Positions 1 through 9,075 of a stretch of 64,000 nucleotides of DNA are shown here, one piece after another (position 1 is the stretch's first letter; every line of letters starts with the position of its first letter). The notes under the pieces were generated by a model. That model had not been told where the DNA came from. It did no database searches and was given only the letters and a program-made list of their open reading frames with translations. This stretch comes from Longimicrobiales bacterium. Lineage in GTDB: Bacteria; Gemmatimonadota; Gemmatimonadetes; Longimicrobiales; Gaopeijiaceae. A program made the translations under genes and the position numbers. The stretch is taken from the NCBI GenBank assembly GCA_965116905.1, contig OZ220732.1, positions 224,001-288,000 of the forward strand. Direction: 5' to 3'.

Positions 1-680
1 GTGTATCGGGAGGCCTCTCCGTCAACTTCTCGGGTGATGCCGAGGGTTCCTACTCGATCGCGGGCGGCCCCACCCTCTTCGGCCGCGGCGAGGGCCTGTT
101 CAGCTGGAGCATCCGGCCCACCCTGAGGAAGAGCAGGAGCGCCGCCTTCTACGTCACGCAGGGCGACGACCCGGCCGCGCACGCGACCTTCGGCCGCCGC
201 TACATCTTCGCCGAACTGGAGCAGCACTCGCTCGACGTGACGATCCGCATGGACCTCGCGCTCACTCCGCGCATGACGCTGCAGGTCTACGGCCAGCCTT
301 TCATCGCGACCGGCGACTACGAGAACTTCATGGCGCTCCGCGAACCCCGGACCTACGACTTCCTGCGCTATGGCCAGGGCGCCGCCACGATCGGGTACTC
401 ACTGGGCAGCGACGCCTACACCGTCATCGCGGACGACACCGGGTCCGCCGCACCGATCCGCTTCGGCAACCCCGACTTCCGCACGCGTTCCTTCCGGAGC
501 AACGTGGTGCTGCGCTGGGAATACCTTCCGGGCTCCACCCTCTTCCTGGTGTGGAGCCAGGATCGGCGCGACTGGTTCCGCGACCCGGACTTCGACGGCG
601 TGGGCAGCCTGCGGGGCCTCTTCTCGGACCCCATGCGCAACGTCTTCCTGATCAAGGCGAGCTACTGGCTGGACTTCTGA
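1..680 (+). CDS. DUF5916-type outer-membrane beta-barrel protein, C-terminal part (5' end outside window)
   Basis: Frame open from base 3 to TGA at 680; C-terminus FRSNVVLRWEYLPGSTLFLVWSQ...NVFLIKASYWLDF is typical of DUF5916/CBM9-associated barrels. Confidence 0.75.
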   Translation, partial: VSGGLSVNFSGDAEGSYSIAGGPTLFGRGEGLFSWSIRPTLRKSRSAAFYVTQGDDPAAHATFGRRYIFAELEQHSLDVTIRMDLALTPRMTLQVYGQPFIATGDYENFMALREPRTYDFLRYGQGAATIGYSLGSDAYTVIADDTGSAAPIRFGNPDFRTRSFRSNVVLRWEYLPGSTLFLVWSQDRRDWFRDPDFDGVGSLRGLFSDPMRNVFLIKASYWLDF

Positions 681-702
681 GCGGCGATCGGTGCGCGGCC
701 GG

Positions 703-1911
703 TCAGCGGATGTCCGGCGGCAGCCTCTTCACCACGATGACCGGGACATCGAATTCGTCCTTTTCGAGGAAGACCACCAAGCCGTCAGGGCCGAATTCGT
801 CGGGCATCCGCATTCGCTGGTCGATGGTTCCCAGATAGCGGCCGGTTGGCGTGAGCACGTCGATCGGTCCGCGGTCCACCTCCGGTTCCTCTCCGCGGCG
901 CTGGACCCAGAGATTGCCTTCCCAGGTGGTGCGTAACGCATGGAGCACCGGCACCTCCGGGAAGAACTGCATGTCCTCGATCGCTCTCGCATGCGCCGCA
1001 CGGAATACTCCGGCCAGTGCAACCATATCCGGGGGCACCCTGCCACTCGGGTCCCGCGCCAAGCCCAGTTTCGCCAATTCGCGGTCCTTTTCCACCTGTC
1101 TGGCGCGGTCGGTGGCCGGCTCGGGATCGATCGGGCGGCGCAGAACCCGAAGCACCTCGCCGGACGGCGCGGTGACCTTGATCGCGTAGGCAGAGGAGTC
1201 CGAAAACGCGACCCCGCCCGCAGCGAGCCCGTCGAAAACGAGAGGTGGCTCAAATCCCCACACCGTGCCGCTCATCACATCGGCCGCACTCCCGGAAATC
1301 ACTTCTTCGGTCCCTGGCGGCGCCCATGCTTCCACGAACGTGTCGATCCGCGCCTCATCCGACGACAGATCGGTCCGCACGATCTTGCGTATGCCATCCG
1401 AGAGGATCGCAGCGCCATCGCGGGCCGGGCGCGCACCAAAGCTCGCGGCCCGCACAAACGCCCCGATACCCGAGATGTTCGATGGGTCGACCTTCACGCT
1501 CACCGTTCGTTCGAACACGCCGTCGGCGCCGAAGATCTGAAAGACAAAGGAGTCGGTGACGACGATTCGCCCGCTCGGCAAGACATCCAGCTGCTCTGGT
1601 CTTCGGAACTCGCCGGGGCCCTCGCCGGGGCGACCGATCTCGCCCAGGAGGTTGCCGCCAGGGTCGACCACGACAACGCGAGCAGGCGCGTCCAGGAAAT
1701 ACAGATTCCCGGCCTCGTCGAAGCCCGCGGCCGGCACCGTCCCCAAGACCTGCCATTCGGCGACAGCATCGACCGACCCGATGCGGTAGACCTCGACGAG
1801 TTCCGCGGCCAGGCGTCGATCCTCGCCTGGAAGTTCGACTGTTTCCTGGGCGCGGCCGTCCCCCGCGATCAAGAGTGCCGCGAGGCATCCGGGAAGGAGT
1901 GTCCGGTTCAT
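703..1911 (-). CDS. Secreted 6-bladed beta-propeller (NHL-like) protein
   Basis: Start MNRTLLPGCLAALLIAG (signal peptide); IGRPGEGPGEF motif; C-terminal GPIDVLTPTGRYLGT...FGPDGLVVFLEKDEFDVP. Confidence 0.75.
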   Translation of the reverse strand: MNRTLLPGCLAALLIAGDGRAQETVELPGEDRRLAAELVEVYRIGSVDAVAEWQVLGTVPAAGFDEAGNLYFLDAPARVVVVDPGGNLLGEIGRPGEGPGEFRRPEQLDVLPSGRIVVTDSFVFQIFGADGVFERTVSVKVDPSNISGIGAFVRAASFGARPARDGAAILSDGIRKIVRTDLSSDEARIDTFVEAWAPPGTEEVISGSAADVMSGTVWGFEPPLVFDGLAAGGVAFSDSSAYAIKVTAPSGEVLRVLRRPIDPEPATDRARQVEKDRELAKLGLARDPSGRVPPDMVALAGVFRAAHARAIEDMQFFPEVPVLHALRTTWEGNLWVQRRGEEPEVDRGPIDVLTPTGRYLGTIDQRMRMPDEFGPDGLVVFLEKDEFDVPVIVVKRLPPDIR

Positions 1912-2150
1912 TCGAGAGTGGAGGTGTACCAGAAGGATTGGCCGTCGCCCAGCCACCGCGCACCGACCACTCCCCCTTTCACAAGTGACGGGTAAGCCAT
2001 AAGTTGCCGGAAGCGGGCGAACCGGTCCTCCGGGATTTCCTGGGCGGCGGTCCCACCGCCCCCGCCCGCCACCATGATCAGGGCCAGCAGTGGGAGGCTG
2101 AACGGTGAGAGGGTACACCGAGCGTTCGAGCGGGGCTGGGGCCTGATCAT
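1908..2150 (-). pseudogene. Truncated N-terminal stub of a secreted S9/DPP-IV-like peptidase (80 aa)
   Basis: Signal peptide followed by SLVKGGVVGARWLGDGQSFWY, resembling the first blade of DPP-IV N-terminal domains; stop overlaps the ATG of the next gene. Confidence 0.45.
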
Positions 2151-2213
2151 GTCGGAAGACTACGCGGCAGCAGCAAAATCGGCCACCCCTTTTGCCCCTG
2201 TCTGTATGCAAAT

Positions 2214-2228
2214 CGGTACGCAGATCGC
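2214..2228 (+). promoter_or_regulatory. Possible sigma54 -24/-12 promoter of the susC operon
   Basis: CGGTACG-CAGA-TCGC has GG-N10-GC spacing, about 55 nt upstream of the ATG, which has an AGGAGG RBS. Confidence 0.3.
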
Positions 2229-2282
2229 CGCGACACGGGACACGTCCCCCACGTTGTACGCAGTCAGCAAAGGAGGAGCCTC

Positions 2283-5270
2283 ATGAGATTGCGCTACGGC
2301 ATCCTGGCGGGCCTGATCACGCTTCTGGGCACGGGAGAAGCCCTCGCCCAGACGCGTGTCCTCACGGGCACCGTCACCGACGCCACCACCGGACAGCCCA
2401 TTTCGGGCGCGGCCGTCGCCGTCACGGGAACGACCCTCGGCACCTTCACGGCAGAGGACGGCAACTTCGCCGTCTCCGTGGGGGCGGGCGAGGTCCTTCT
2501 CGACATCAGCATGCTGGGATACCAGCCGGCATCGGTCACCGTACCCGAGGGCACGAACAACATCAGCGTCACCCTCAGGGTCGACGTCCTCAACCTCGAC
2601 GAGATCGTGGTGACGGGACAGGCGACCGGAATCTCCAGGAGGAACCTCGCCAACGCGGTCTCGACGGTGAACGCGCGGGACCTTGAGCGGGTGCCCACGT
2701 GGTCCGTTGAGCAGGCGCTCCGGGGCAAGGTCGCCGGGGCGAACATCCAGTCGAACTCGGGAGCCCCGGGCGGAGGCATGCAGCTTCAGCTCCGGGGTGT
2801 ATCGACGATCCTGGGCGCACATAGACCGCTCTATGTGGTGGACGGGGTGATCGTCAGCGACCAGACAATTCCGTCGGGTGTGCACACCGTTACCGTCTCC
2901 TCTTCAAACCCTGTTCGTGGAGGCTCGCAGGACAACTCCGCAAACCGAATCGCCGACCTGAATCCCTACGACATCGAGAGCATCGAGATCCTCAAGGGGG
3001 CCTCGGCCGCCGCGATCTACGGATCGAAGGCGAACAACGGCGTGGTCATCATCCGCACCAAGCGGGGCCGGGTCGGCGCGCCGCAGTTCAACGTCACCCA
3101 GCGCTTCGGCGTCTTCCAGCTCGCCAACAAGCTCGGTCTGCGCGAGTTCACCTCGATGGACGAGGCGGTGGAGTTCTTCGGACCCCAGGCGAGGGATCAC
3201 TGGCAAGCCGGCAAGTTCTTCGACCACGAGGAGCTGCTGGCGGGCAACGAACCCCTCTCCTACGAGACTCAGGCGAGCGTGAGCGGCGGCACGGAGGACA
3301 CGCGCTACTACGCCTCGGGACTGGTGAAGCACGATGGCGGCATCATCGACAACACCTTCTACAACAAGGAGTCGCTGAAGCTCAACATCGACCAGACGCT
3401 GGGCGACCGAGTTTCCTTCAGCCTGAACACGAACGCGATTCACACCCTGGCGGGCCGCGGCATCACCAACAACGACAACCGGAGCATCAGCTACTACATG
3501 ACGCTCCCGTCCACGCCCAGCTTCGTGGATCTGCGGGCCGTCTGCGCCGACGGAAGCCGCCAGGCCGACATCGACAACTGTCCGAGCGGCACGGGCACCT
3601 ACCCCAGGAACCCGTTCGCCGGATCGAACATTCTGGAGACGGCATCGCTCGTGCGGAACGACGAGGAAGTGTGGCGCTTCGTCGGGTCCGGCAACCTCAC
3701 CTTCGACGCCATCACTTCGTCCACTCACAATCTGCGGCTGAGCGCCACCGGCGGAATCGACTTCTACAACCAGAAGAACGAGCTGTTCTCGCCGCCCGAA
3801 TCCCAGTTCGAGCCAAGCGACGGGCTTCCCGGCACGTCGGTGCTCGGGTCGGCCTACAGCCAGTACATGAACGCCAACCTGAACGCCGTCTACACCTTCA
3901 ACTCCGACGCATACCAGTCGACGACGTCCTTCGGTACCCAGTACGAGATCCGCGACCTCGACGTGAGCAGCACGATCGCGAAGAACCTCATCGGGGGCCT
4001 GCAGAACATCGACCGGGGCACTGCGACCGAGGTCAGGCAGGACCGGGAACGGATCCTCGACTTCGGCATCTTCGCTCAGGAAGAGTTGCTGATGATGGAC
4101 GAGCGGCTGCTCCTGACCGCGGGAGCGCGCGCCGACCGGAGTTCCAACAACTCCGACACCGAATCGTTCCACTTCTATCCGAAGTTCGCCGCCTCCTACC
4201 GCTTCCCCGTAGGTAGCAACCTCCTGGAAGAGGTCAAATTCCGGGGCGCCTGGGGCCAGTCGGGCAACCAGCCGGTCTACGGGCAGAAGTTCACCGAGTA
4301 CGAGGGCAGGAACATCGGGGGACTGCCAGCCCTGCGCGTACAGGGCGCCACGGCGGCGCTGGACCTGCGTCCCGAGCGCCAGACCGAGATCGAGGGCGGG
4401 GTCGACGCGACGCTCTTCGAAGACCGCGCGACGCTCGAACTGACCTACTTCAACAAGACCGTCAAGGACGTGATCCTCGAGCGCTCGCTCGCCCCGTCGA
4501 CCGGTTTCGTGGAATCCATCTTCAACGGCGGCGAGATCAATATCTGGGGTATCGAGACCGCGCTGACGGTGGTGCCGTTCTACACCAGCAACCTGCAGTG
4601 GACTTCGCGCACCACCTTCACCATGGATCGCAGCCAGGTGATCTCGCTCCCGGTGCCGCGCTTCCGGATCCAGGGATTCGGGTACTTCTACGGCACCACC
4701 GTGGCCGAAGAGGGCAGGTCACTGACGCTGCTCTGGGGCAACGGCCCCGACCCCGAAACGGGCGAGGTCGGCGTAGGCCCGCTGGCGGAATCCAACGCGG
4801 ACTTCCGCATGGGCTTCTCGAACGACATCAGCTTCGGACGGTTCAACGTCTACTCGACGCTGGATTGGCAGAAGGGCGGGACGGCCAACAATCTGACCCA
4901 GTTCCTCTTCGACCTCACCCGGAACACCGAAGACTGCAACAACATGGTGAACGGCGAGAGCGTCTGCGTGAAGCGCAACCGGGAGTTCCCCCAGAATACC
5001 GGGACCTACTTCCAGGACGCATCCTTCGTGAAACTGCGCGAACTGACCGTCAGCTACGACATGCCCGACGACATGGTCGCGAACATCTGGAGCGCGGCCC
5101 GGCACATTCGACTCAACCTGAGCAGCCGCAACCTGCTGACCTTCACCGACTACGCCGGCCTGGATCCCGAAGTCAGCAACTTCGGCAGCGAAGCGGTCGG
5201 CCGTGGCCAGGACGTGGCACCCTACCCGCCGAGCCGGAGCTTCTGGTTCTCGGTGGATGTGGGCTTCTAA
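2283..5270 (+). CDS. SusC/RagA family TonB-dependent outer membrane transporter
   Basis: Signal peptide, carboxypeptidase-regulatory-like N-domain, LDEIVVTG, plug PLYVVDGV / DIESIEILKGASAAAIYGSKANNGVVIIRTKRG, LRPERQTEIE, FVKLRELTVSY, terminal F. Confidence 0.95.
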   Translation: MRLRYGILAGLITLLGTGEALAQTRVLTGTVTDATTGQPISGAAVAVTGTTLGTFTAEDGNFAVSVGAGEVLLDISMLGYQPASVTVPEGTNNISVTLRVDVLNLDEIVVTGQATGISRRNLANAVSTVNARDLERVPTWSVEQALRGKVAGANIQSNSGAPGGGMQLQLRGVSTILGAHRPLYVVDGVIVSDQTIPSGVHTVTVSSSNPVRGGSQDNSANRIADLNPYDIESIEILKGASAAAIYGSKANNGVVIIRTKRGRVGAPQFNVTQRFGVFQLANKLGLREFTSMDEAVEFFGPQARDHWQAGKFFDHEELLAGNEPLSYETQASVSGGTEDTRYYASGLVKHDGGIIDNTFYNKESLKLNIDQTLGDRVSFSLNTNAIHTLAGRGITNNDNRSISYYMTLPSTPSFVDLRAVCADGSRQADIDNCPSGTGTYPRNPFAGSNILETASLVRNDEEVWRFVGSGNLTFDAITSSTHNLRLSATGGIDFYNQKNELFSPPESQFEPSDGLPGTSVLGSAYSQYMNANLNAVYTFNSDAYQSTTSFGTQYEIRDLDVSSTIAKNLIGGLQNIDRGTATEVRQDRERILDFGIFAQEELLMMDERLLLTAGARADRSSNNSDTESFHFYPKFAASYRFPVGSNLLEEVKFRGAWGQSGNQPVYGQKFTEYEGRNIGGLPALRVQGATAALDLRPERQTEIEGGVDATLFEDRATLELTYFNKTVKDVILERSLAPSTGFVESIFNGGEINIWGIETALTVVPFYTSNLQWTSRTTFTMDRSQVISLPVPRFRIQGFGYFYGTTVAEEGRSLTLLWGNGPDPETGEVGVGPLAESNADFRMGFSNDISFGRFNVYSTLDWQKGGTANNLTQFLFDLTRNTEDCNNMVNGESVCVKRNREFPQNTGTYFQDASFVKLRELTVSYDMPDDMVANIWSAARHIRLNLSSRNLLTFTDYAGLDPEVSNFGSEAVGRGQDVAPYPPSRSFWFSVDVGF

Positions 5271-5292
5271 CGTGAACGGGAGAATGAGACCA

Positions 5293-6666
5293 ATGACTAG
5301 ACAACTGGGCCGTCTCCTGACGGCAGGTCTCTTCGCCACCGTCTTCACGGCGTGCGAACTGACCGTACCCGATTTCAACAACCCAAGCGTTGAGGATCTG
5401 CAGAACAACCCGAACACGGCGGCCATCGCGGCCGCGGCGCAGGGCCTGCTGTTCGACACGCGTCTCACCGCGGCCGACATGGTGCACTGGGTCGGCGCCT
5501 TCGGCCGCGAAGTCTACCCCATGGCGCCCACCGGTTCTTCCCTGCCGGGCAGCGTCCGCGACCCCTGGACCCAGACGCTCTTCGTGGGGACCCAGGTCTG
5601 GGCCGAAGCGTACAAGAACATGCGCAACGCCAACCTGCTTCTGGAGGCGTTGGCGGGCGCGGAGATACCCGAACCCGACAAGGCGGCGGTGCGTGGTTTC
5701 ACCAAGACCATCCAGGCGTACGACCTGCTGCACATCGCGGTAACCCGGCGGCACCTGGGGGCACCCGTCGCGGTCGGGACCGACCCCAACGAGCCGCCGG
5801 CTCCGATTGTGGGAGAAAACGAGGTCTACGGCCACGTGATCAGCCTGCTCGACGAAGCGCGCGGCGATCTGCAGGCCGCCTCTTCCTTCCCCTTCGGCGT
5901 GACGGCCGGGCTTGCCAACTTCGCCTCGCCGGGCGACTTCATCCGCCTCAACCGCGCGATCAAGGCACGCGCGGAGGTGCATCGCAACAACTGGTCCGGC
6001 GCCCTCCAGGCGGTGGCGGAGTCCTTTGCGGGAACCAACGTGCCGCTTGCCTACGGGGCGCAGCACAGCTGGTCGGTCAACTCGGGCGACCTGGTCAACC
6101 CGGCGAACCGGCCCGACCTGCTGTACGCCAACACGCGCTTCCGCACCGAGGCGCAGGCCCGTGCGGACGGATCACCCGACCTCCGCTTCCAGACCAAGTT
6201 CAAGGAGGTTGGGGCGTATCAGCTGCTCGAAGTGGCTTCGGATCTGCAGTACACACTGTACGAGAGTCCGAGCGCTCCGTTCGTCTGGGTCAAGAACGAG
6301 GAGTTGATCCTGATTCGCGCCGAGGCAAACCTTGCAACGGGCAACCGCGCCGCGGCGATCGAGGACATCAACTTCATCCGCATGAACTCGGGTGGCCTCG
6401 AGCCGCTGCCGGATCCCTATCCCGGATCTGACGACGACCTGCTGAACGAACTGCTCTACAACAAGCGGTTCTCGCTGGTCTTCGAGTGGGGGCACACGTG
6501 GATAGACATGAACCGCTACGACAAGCTGCTGGATATCCCCGTGCTGGGTCCGCCCAGTGCCGACCAGCGGCTTCACAGCGCGATGCCCTACCCGCTGAGC
6601 GAGTGCCTCCCGCGCGAACCGGAGGTTCCGGCGGGGTGCATGACTCAGCAGGGTGTCATCCCGTAG
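5293..6666 (+). CDS. SusD/RagB family nutrient-binding lipoprotein
   Basis: Lipobox VFTAC; EELILIRAEA and ELLYNKRFSLVFEWGHTWIDMNRY motifs; directly follows SusC. Confidence 0.9.
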   Translation: MTRQLGRLLTAGLFATVFTACELTVPDFNNPSVEDLQNNPNTAAIAAAAQGLLFDTRLTAADMVHWVGAFGREVYPMAPTGSSLPGSVRDPWTQTLFVGTQVWAEAYKNMRNANLLLEALAGAEIPEPDKAAVRGFTKTIQAYDLLHIAVTRRHLGAPVAVGTDPNEPPAPIVGENEVYGHVISLLDEARGDLQAASSFPFGVTAGLANFASPGDFIRLNRAIKARAEVHRNNWSGALQAVAESFAGTNVPLAYGAQHSWSVNSGDLVNPANRPDLLYANTRFRTEAQARADGSPDLRFQTKFKEVGAYQLLEVASDLQYTLYESPSAPFVWVKNEELILIRAEANLATGNRAAAIEDINFIRMNSGGLEPLPDPYPGSDDDLLNELLYNKRFSLVFEWGHTWIDMNRYDKLLDIPVLGPPSADQRLHSAMPYPLSECLPREPEVPAGCMTQQGVIP

Positions 6667-7067
6667 GAGCAGCCGGACTCCGGCTTGTCGCCGCTCTTAT
6701 CGCCGCGGCGGTCGCCGGATGCGCTTCGAGTTCGGAGCGCTCCGGCGAACCGCCCGGCATGGGCGACGAGGCGGCGTGGGAGGGTGCGCCCCAGAGCAAG
6801 CTGCACGTAAACAACCGCAACTGGCTCGACATGCGCATCTACGCGTTGCGCGGGGCGGACCGGATGGCCCTTCTTACGATCACAAGCATGAGGCGCGACT
6901 CGGTGCCCCTGCCACGGAGCCTGCTCATGGGCTCGGGGTTCCGGTTGCAGGCCGATCCCATCGGCGATCGGCCATACCGCAGCAGTGTGATCTACGTGCG
7001 TCCCGGACAAACCGTGTGGTGGAGGCTCGAGAACGTGCTGGGCCAGTCCAGCCTGTGGATCTATTGA
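6636..7067 (+). CDS. Small hypothetical lipoprotein (start uncertain, GTG proposed)
   Basis: GGAGG 10 nt before GTG 6636; lipobox AVAGC; beta-rich domain LHVNNRNWLDMRIYAL. Confidence 0.6.
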   Translation: MHDSAGCHPVGAAGLRLVAALIAAAVAGCASSSERSGEPPGMGDEAAWEGAPQSKLHVNNRNWLDMRIYALRGADRMALLTITSMRRDSVPLPRSLLMGSGFRLQADPIGDRPYRSSVIYVRPGQTVWWRLENVLGQSSLWIY

Positions 7068-7095
7068 AAAGAGAAACACTGACCAAGGAGCAGTC

Positions 7096-9075
7096 ATGAC
7101 CAGCCATCGGAAACCGGCGGGTATCCGCCGCGTGCCCGGAGCCGCCCTCACCCTCACCGCCGTCGCAATCCTGACAGCGGCCACAGGTCTCCAGGCCCAG
7201 AAGCCCGACATCCTCACCATCGACCAGCTGCTTTCCATCGAATCGGTGGTCTCCGGCTCGCCGGCCTGGTCGCCCGACGGCTCGGGAATCCTGTTCCAGT
7301 CGTCCCTCTCGGGCGGGCTGATGACCATCTCCCCCGACGGCGGCTTCCCCACACGCCTGCCGATCGAGATGGGCAGCTCGGGCCACTTCCTGGCCTCCCA
7401 GTTGCCGGGCTGGTCGCCGTCCGGCAACTGGATCTCGTACGTGTCCGACAAGGACGGCTCGCCCGAGATCTGGATCTGGTCCACCCGTGACGGCACCGAG
7501 AGGCGGCTGACCGGCCTGGGCGGGCGCATCAACTCGATGACCTGGTCGCCCGACGAGCGCTCGATCGCCTTCGCCGGCGACCGCTACGGCAACTACGACA
7601 TCTGGACCGTCGAGGTCGCCACCGGGCGCGTCCAGCGCATCACCAGCGACAAGCTCTACGAGGTCTTCCCGACCTGGACCCCCGACTCGGAGCGCATCCT
7701 CTACGTACGCCTCAACGACACCTGGGAGGACCACGACGTGATCGAGGTCGCTCCCGACGGCTCGGGCGCGCGCACCGTGCTCCAGGACTCCGACTTCTTC
7801 GACTATGGCGCCGGCACCACCTTCGCCTATCCGCGGGTCTCCCCCGACGGCAGCCAGGTCCTCTTCCGCTCCCACCGCAGCGGCTGGATCAACTATTGGC
7901 TCGCCCCGATCGGAGGTGGAGAACCCCGTCCGATCGCCGCCGCCGAGGCCGACCAGAGCAGCGCCAGCTGGTCGCCGGACGGCAGCATGATCGCGTACAT
8001 CGAGAACCACAACGGCCATCACGACCTGCGCGTTGTTGCCGCGGACGGCGGGAAGCCACGCGTGCTGGCGTCGCCGGGCGGAATGGGCGGCAATTCCGCA
8101 GGCGGCGTCGCGTCCAATCCCTCCTGGTCGCCCGACGGACGGTCGATCTCGTACACGATGGCCGACCTTCTGACCCCTCAGGATCTGTATGTGGTGTCTT
8201 TGGAGGACGGCCATGGCCGCCAGCTCACCTCGTCCATGCCGGCCGGGAACTTTGGGGCGCGATTGATCCTGCCGGAGAAGGTTCACTACCCCAGCACGGA
8301 CGGATACTCGATCCCCGCCTACCTGTACCGCCCGGTGGGAGTCCCGGCGGGTGAGCGGGCGCCCGGCATCCTGTGGATCCACGGCGGACCCACCTCGCAG
8401 TTCAACGACACCTTCCAGCAGCACGTGCAGTTCTTCGCCCAGCGCGGGTACGCGGTGCTGCTGCCCAACATCCGGGGCAGTTCCGGGTACGGGAAAGCCT
8501 TCGCCGACGCCAACAACAACTGCTGGGGCCACTGCGACCTGGAAGACGTGCTCGCCGGCGTCGACTTCCTGAAGACGCAGCCCGAGGTGGATCCGGACCG
8601 GATCGGCCTGACGGGCACCAGCTACGGCGGCGTGATGAGCATGTACGCGGCGTCGTTCGCGCCGGACGCCTTCCGCGCGATCATCCCCGGCTCGGGGTAC
8701 GGCGACTGGATCCACTTCTACACCGGCGAGAACGAGCTGCGGCACATCAAGCTGCTCGAGCATGAACTCGGGCCCTTCGAGACGAGCCAGGACGTATGGC
8801 GCAACAGCTCGGCGATCTTCGAGATCGACAAGGTCTCGACGCCGATCTTCATGGTGCACGGCGAGGGGCGGTACCCGGGGTCGGACCAGTCCGAGATCTT
8901 CGCGCAGGCGCTGGAGAACTTCTACAAGCCGTACGAGTACACGACGTACCCGAACGAGAACTACTACGTCCGGGGCAAGGCCAACCGGCGCCAGATGCTG
9001 TTCGACATGCTGGACTTCTTCCGCCGTTTCCTGAACGACGAAATGGTGGACACGGGCGAAAGGATGAACCGATGA
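7096..9075 (+). CDS. S9 family (prolyl oligopeptidase-like) peptidase with PD40/TolB-like propeller, secreted
   Basis: Repeated WSPDG; IHGGP; PNIRGSSGYG; GTSYGG nucleophile elbow; non-canonical Asp/His positions. Confidence 0.9.
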   Translation: MTSHRKPAGIRRVPGAALTLTAVAILTAATGLQAQKPDILTIDQLLSIESVVSGSPAWSPDGSGILFQSSLSGGLMTISPDGGFPTRLPIEMGSSGHFLASQLPGWSPSGNWISYVSDKDGSPEIWIWSTRDGTERRLTGLGGRINSMTWSPDERSIAFAGDRYGNYDIWTVEVATGRVQRITSDKLYEVFPTWTPDSERILYVRLNDTWEDHDVIEVAPDGSGARTVLQDSDFFDYGAGTTFAYPRVSPDGSQVLFRSHRSGWINYWLAPIGGGEPRPIAAAEADQSSASWSPDGSMIAYIENHNGHHDLRVVAADGGKPRVLASPGGMGGNSAGGVASNPSWSPDGRSISYTMADLLTPQDLYVVSLEDGHGRQLTSSMPAGNFGARLILPEKVHYPSTDGYSIPAYLYRPVGVPAGERAPGILWIHGGPTSQFNDTFQQHVQFFAQRGYAVLLPNIRGSSGYGKAFADANNNCWGHCDLEDVLAGVDFLKTQPEVDPDRIGLTGTSYGGVMSMYAASFAPDAFRAIIPGSGYGDWIHFYTGENELRHIKLLEHELGPFETSQDVWRNSSAIFEIDKVSTPIFMVHGEGRYPGSDQSEIFAQALENFYKPYEYTTYPNENYYVRGKANRRQMLFDMLDFFRRFLNDEMVDTGERMNR

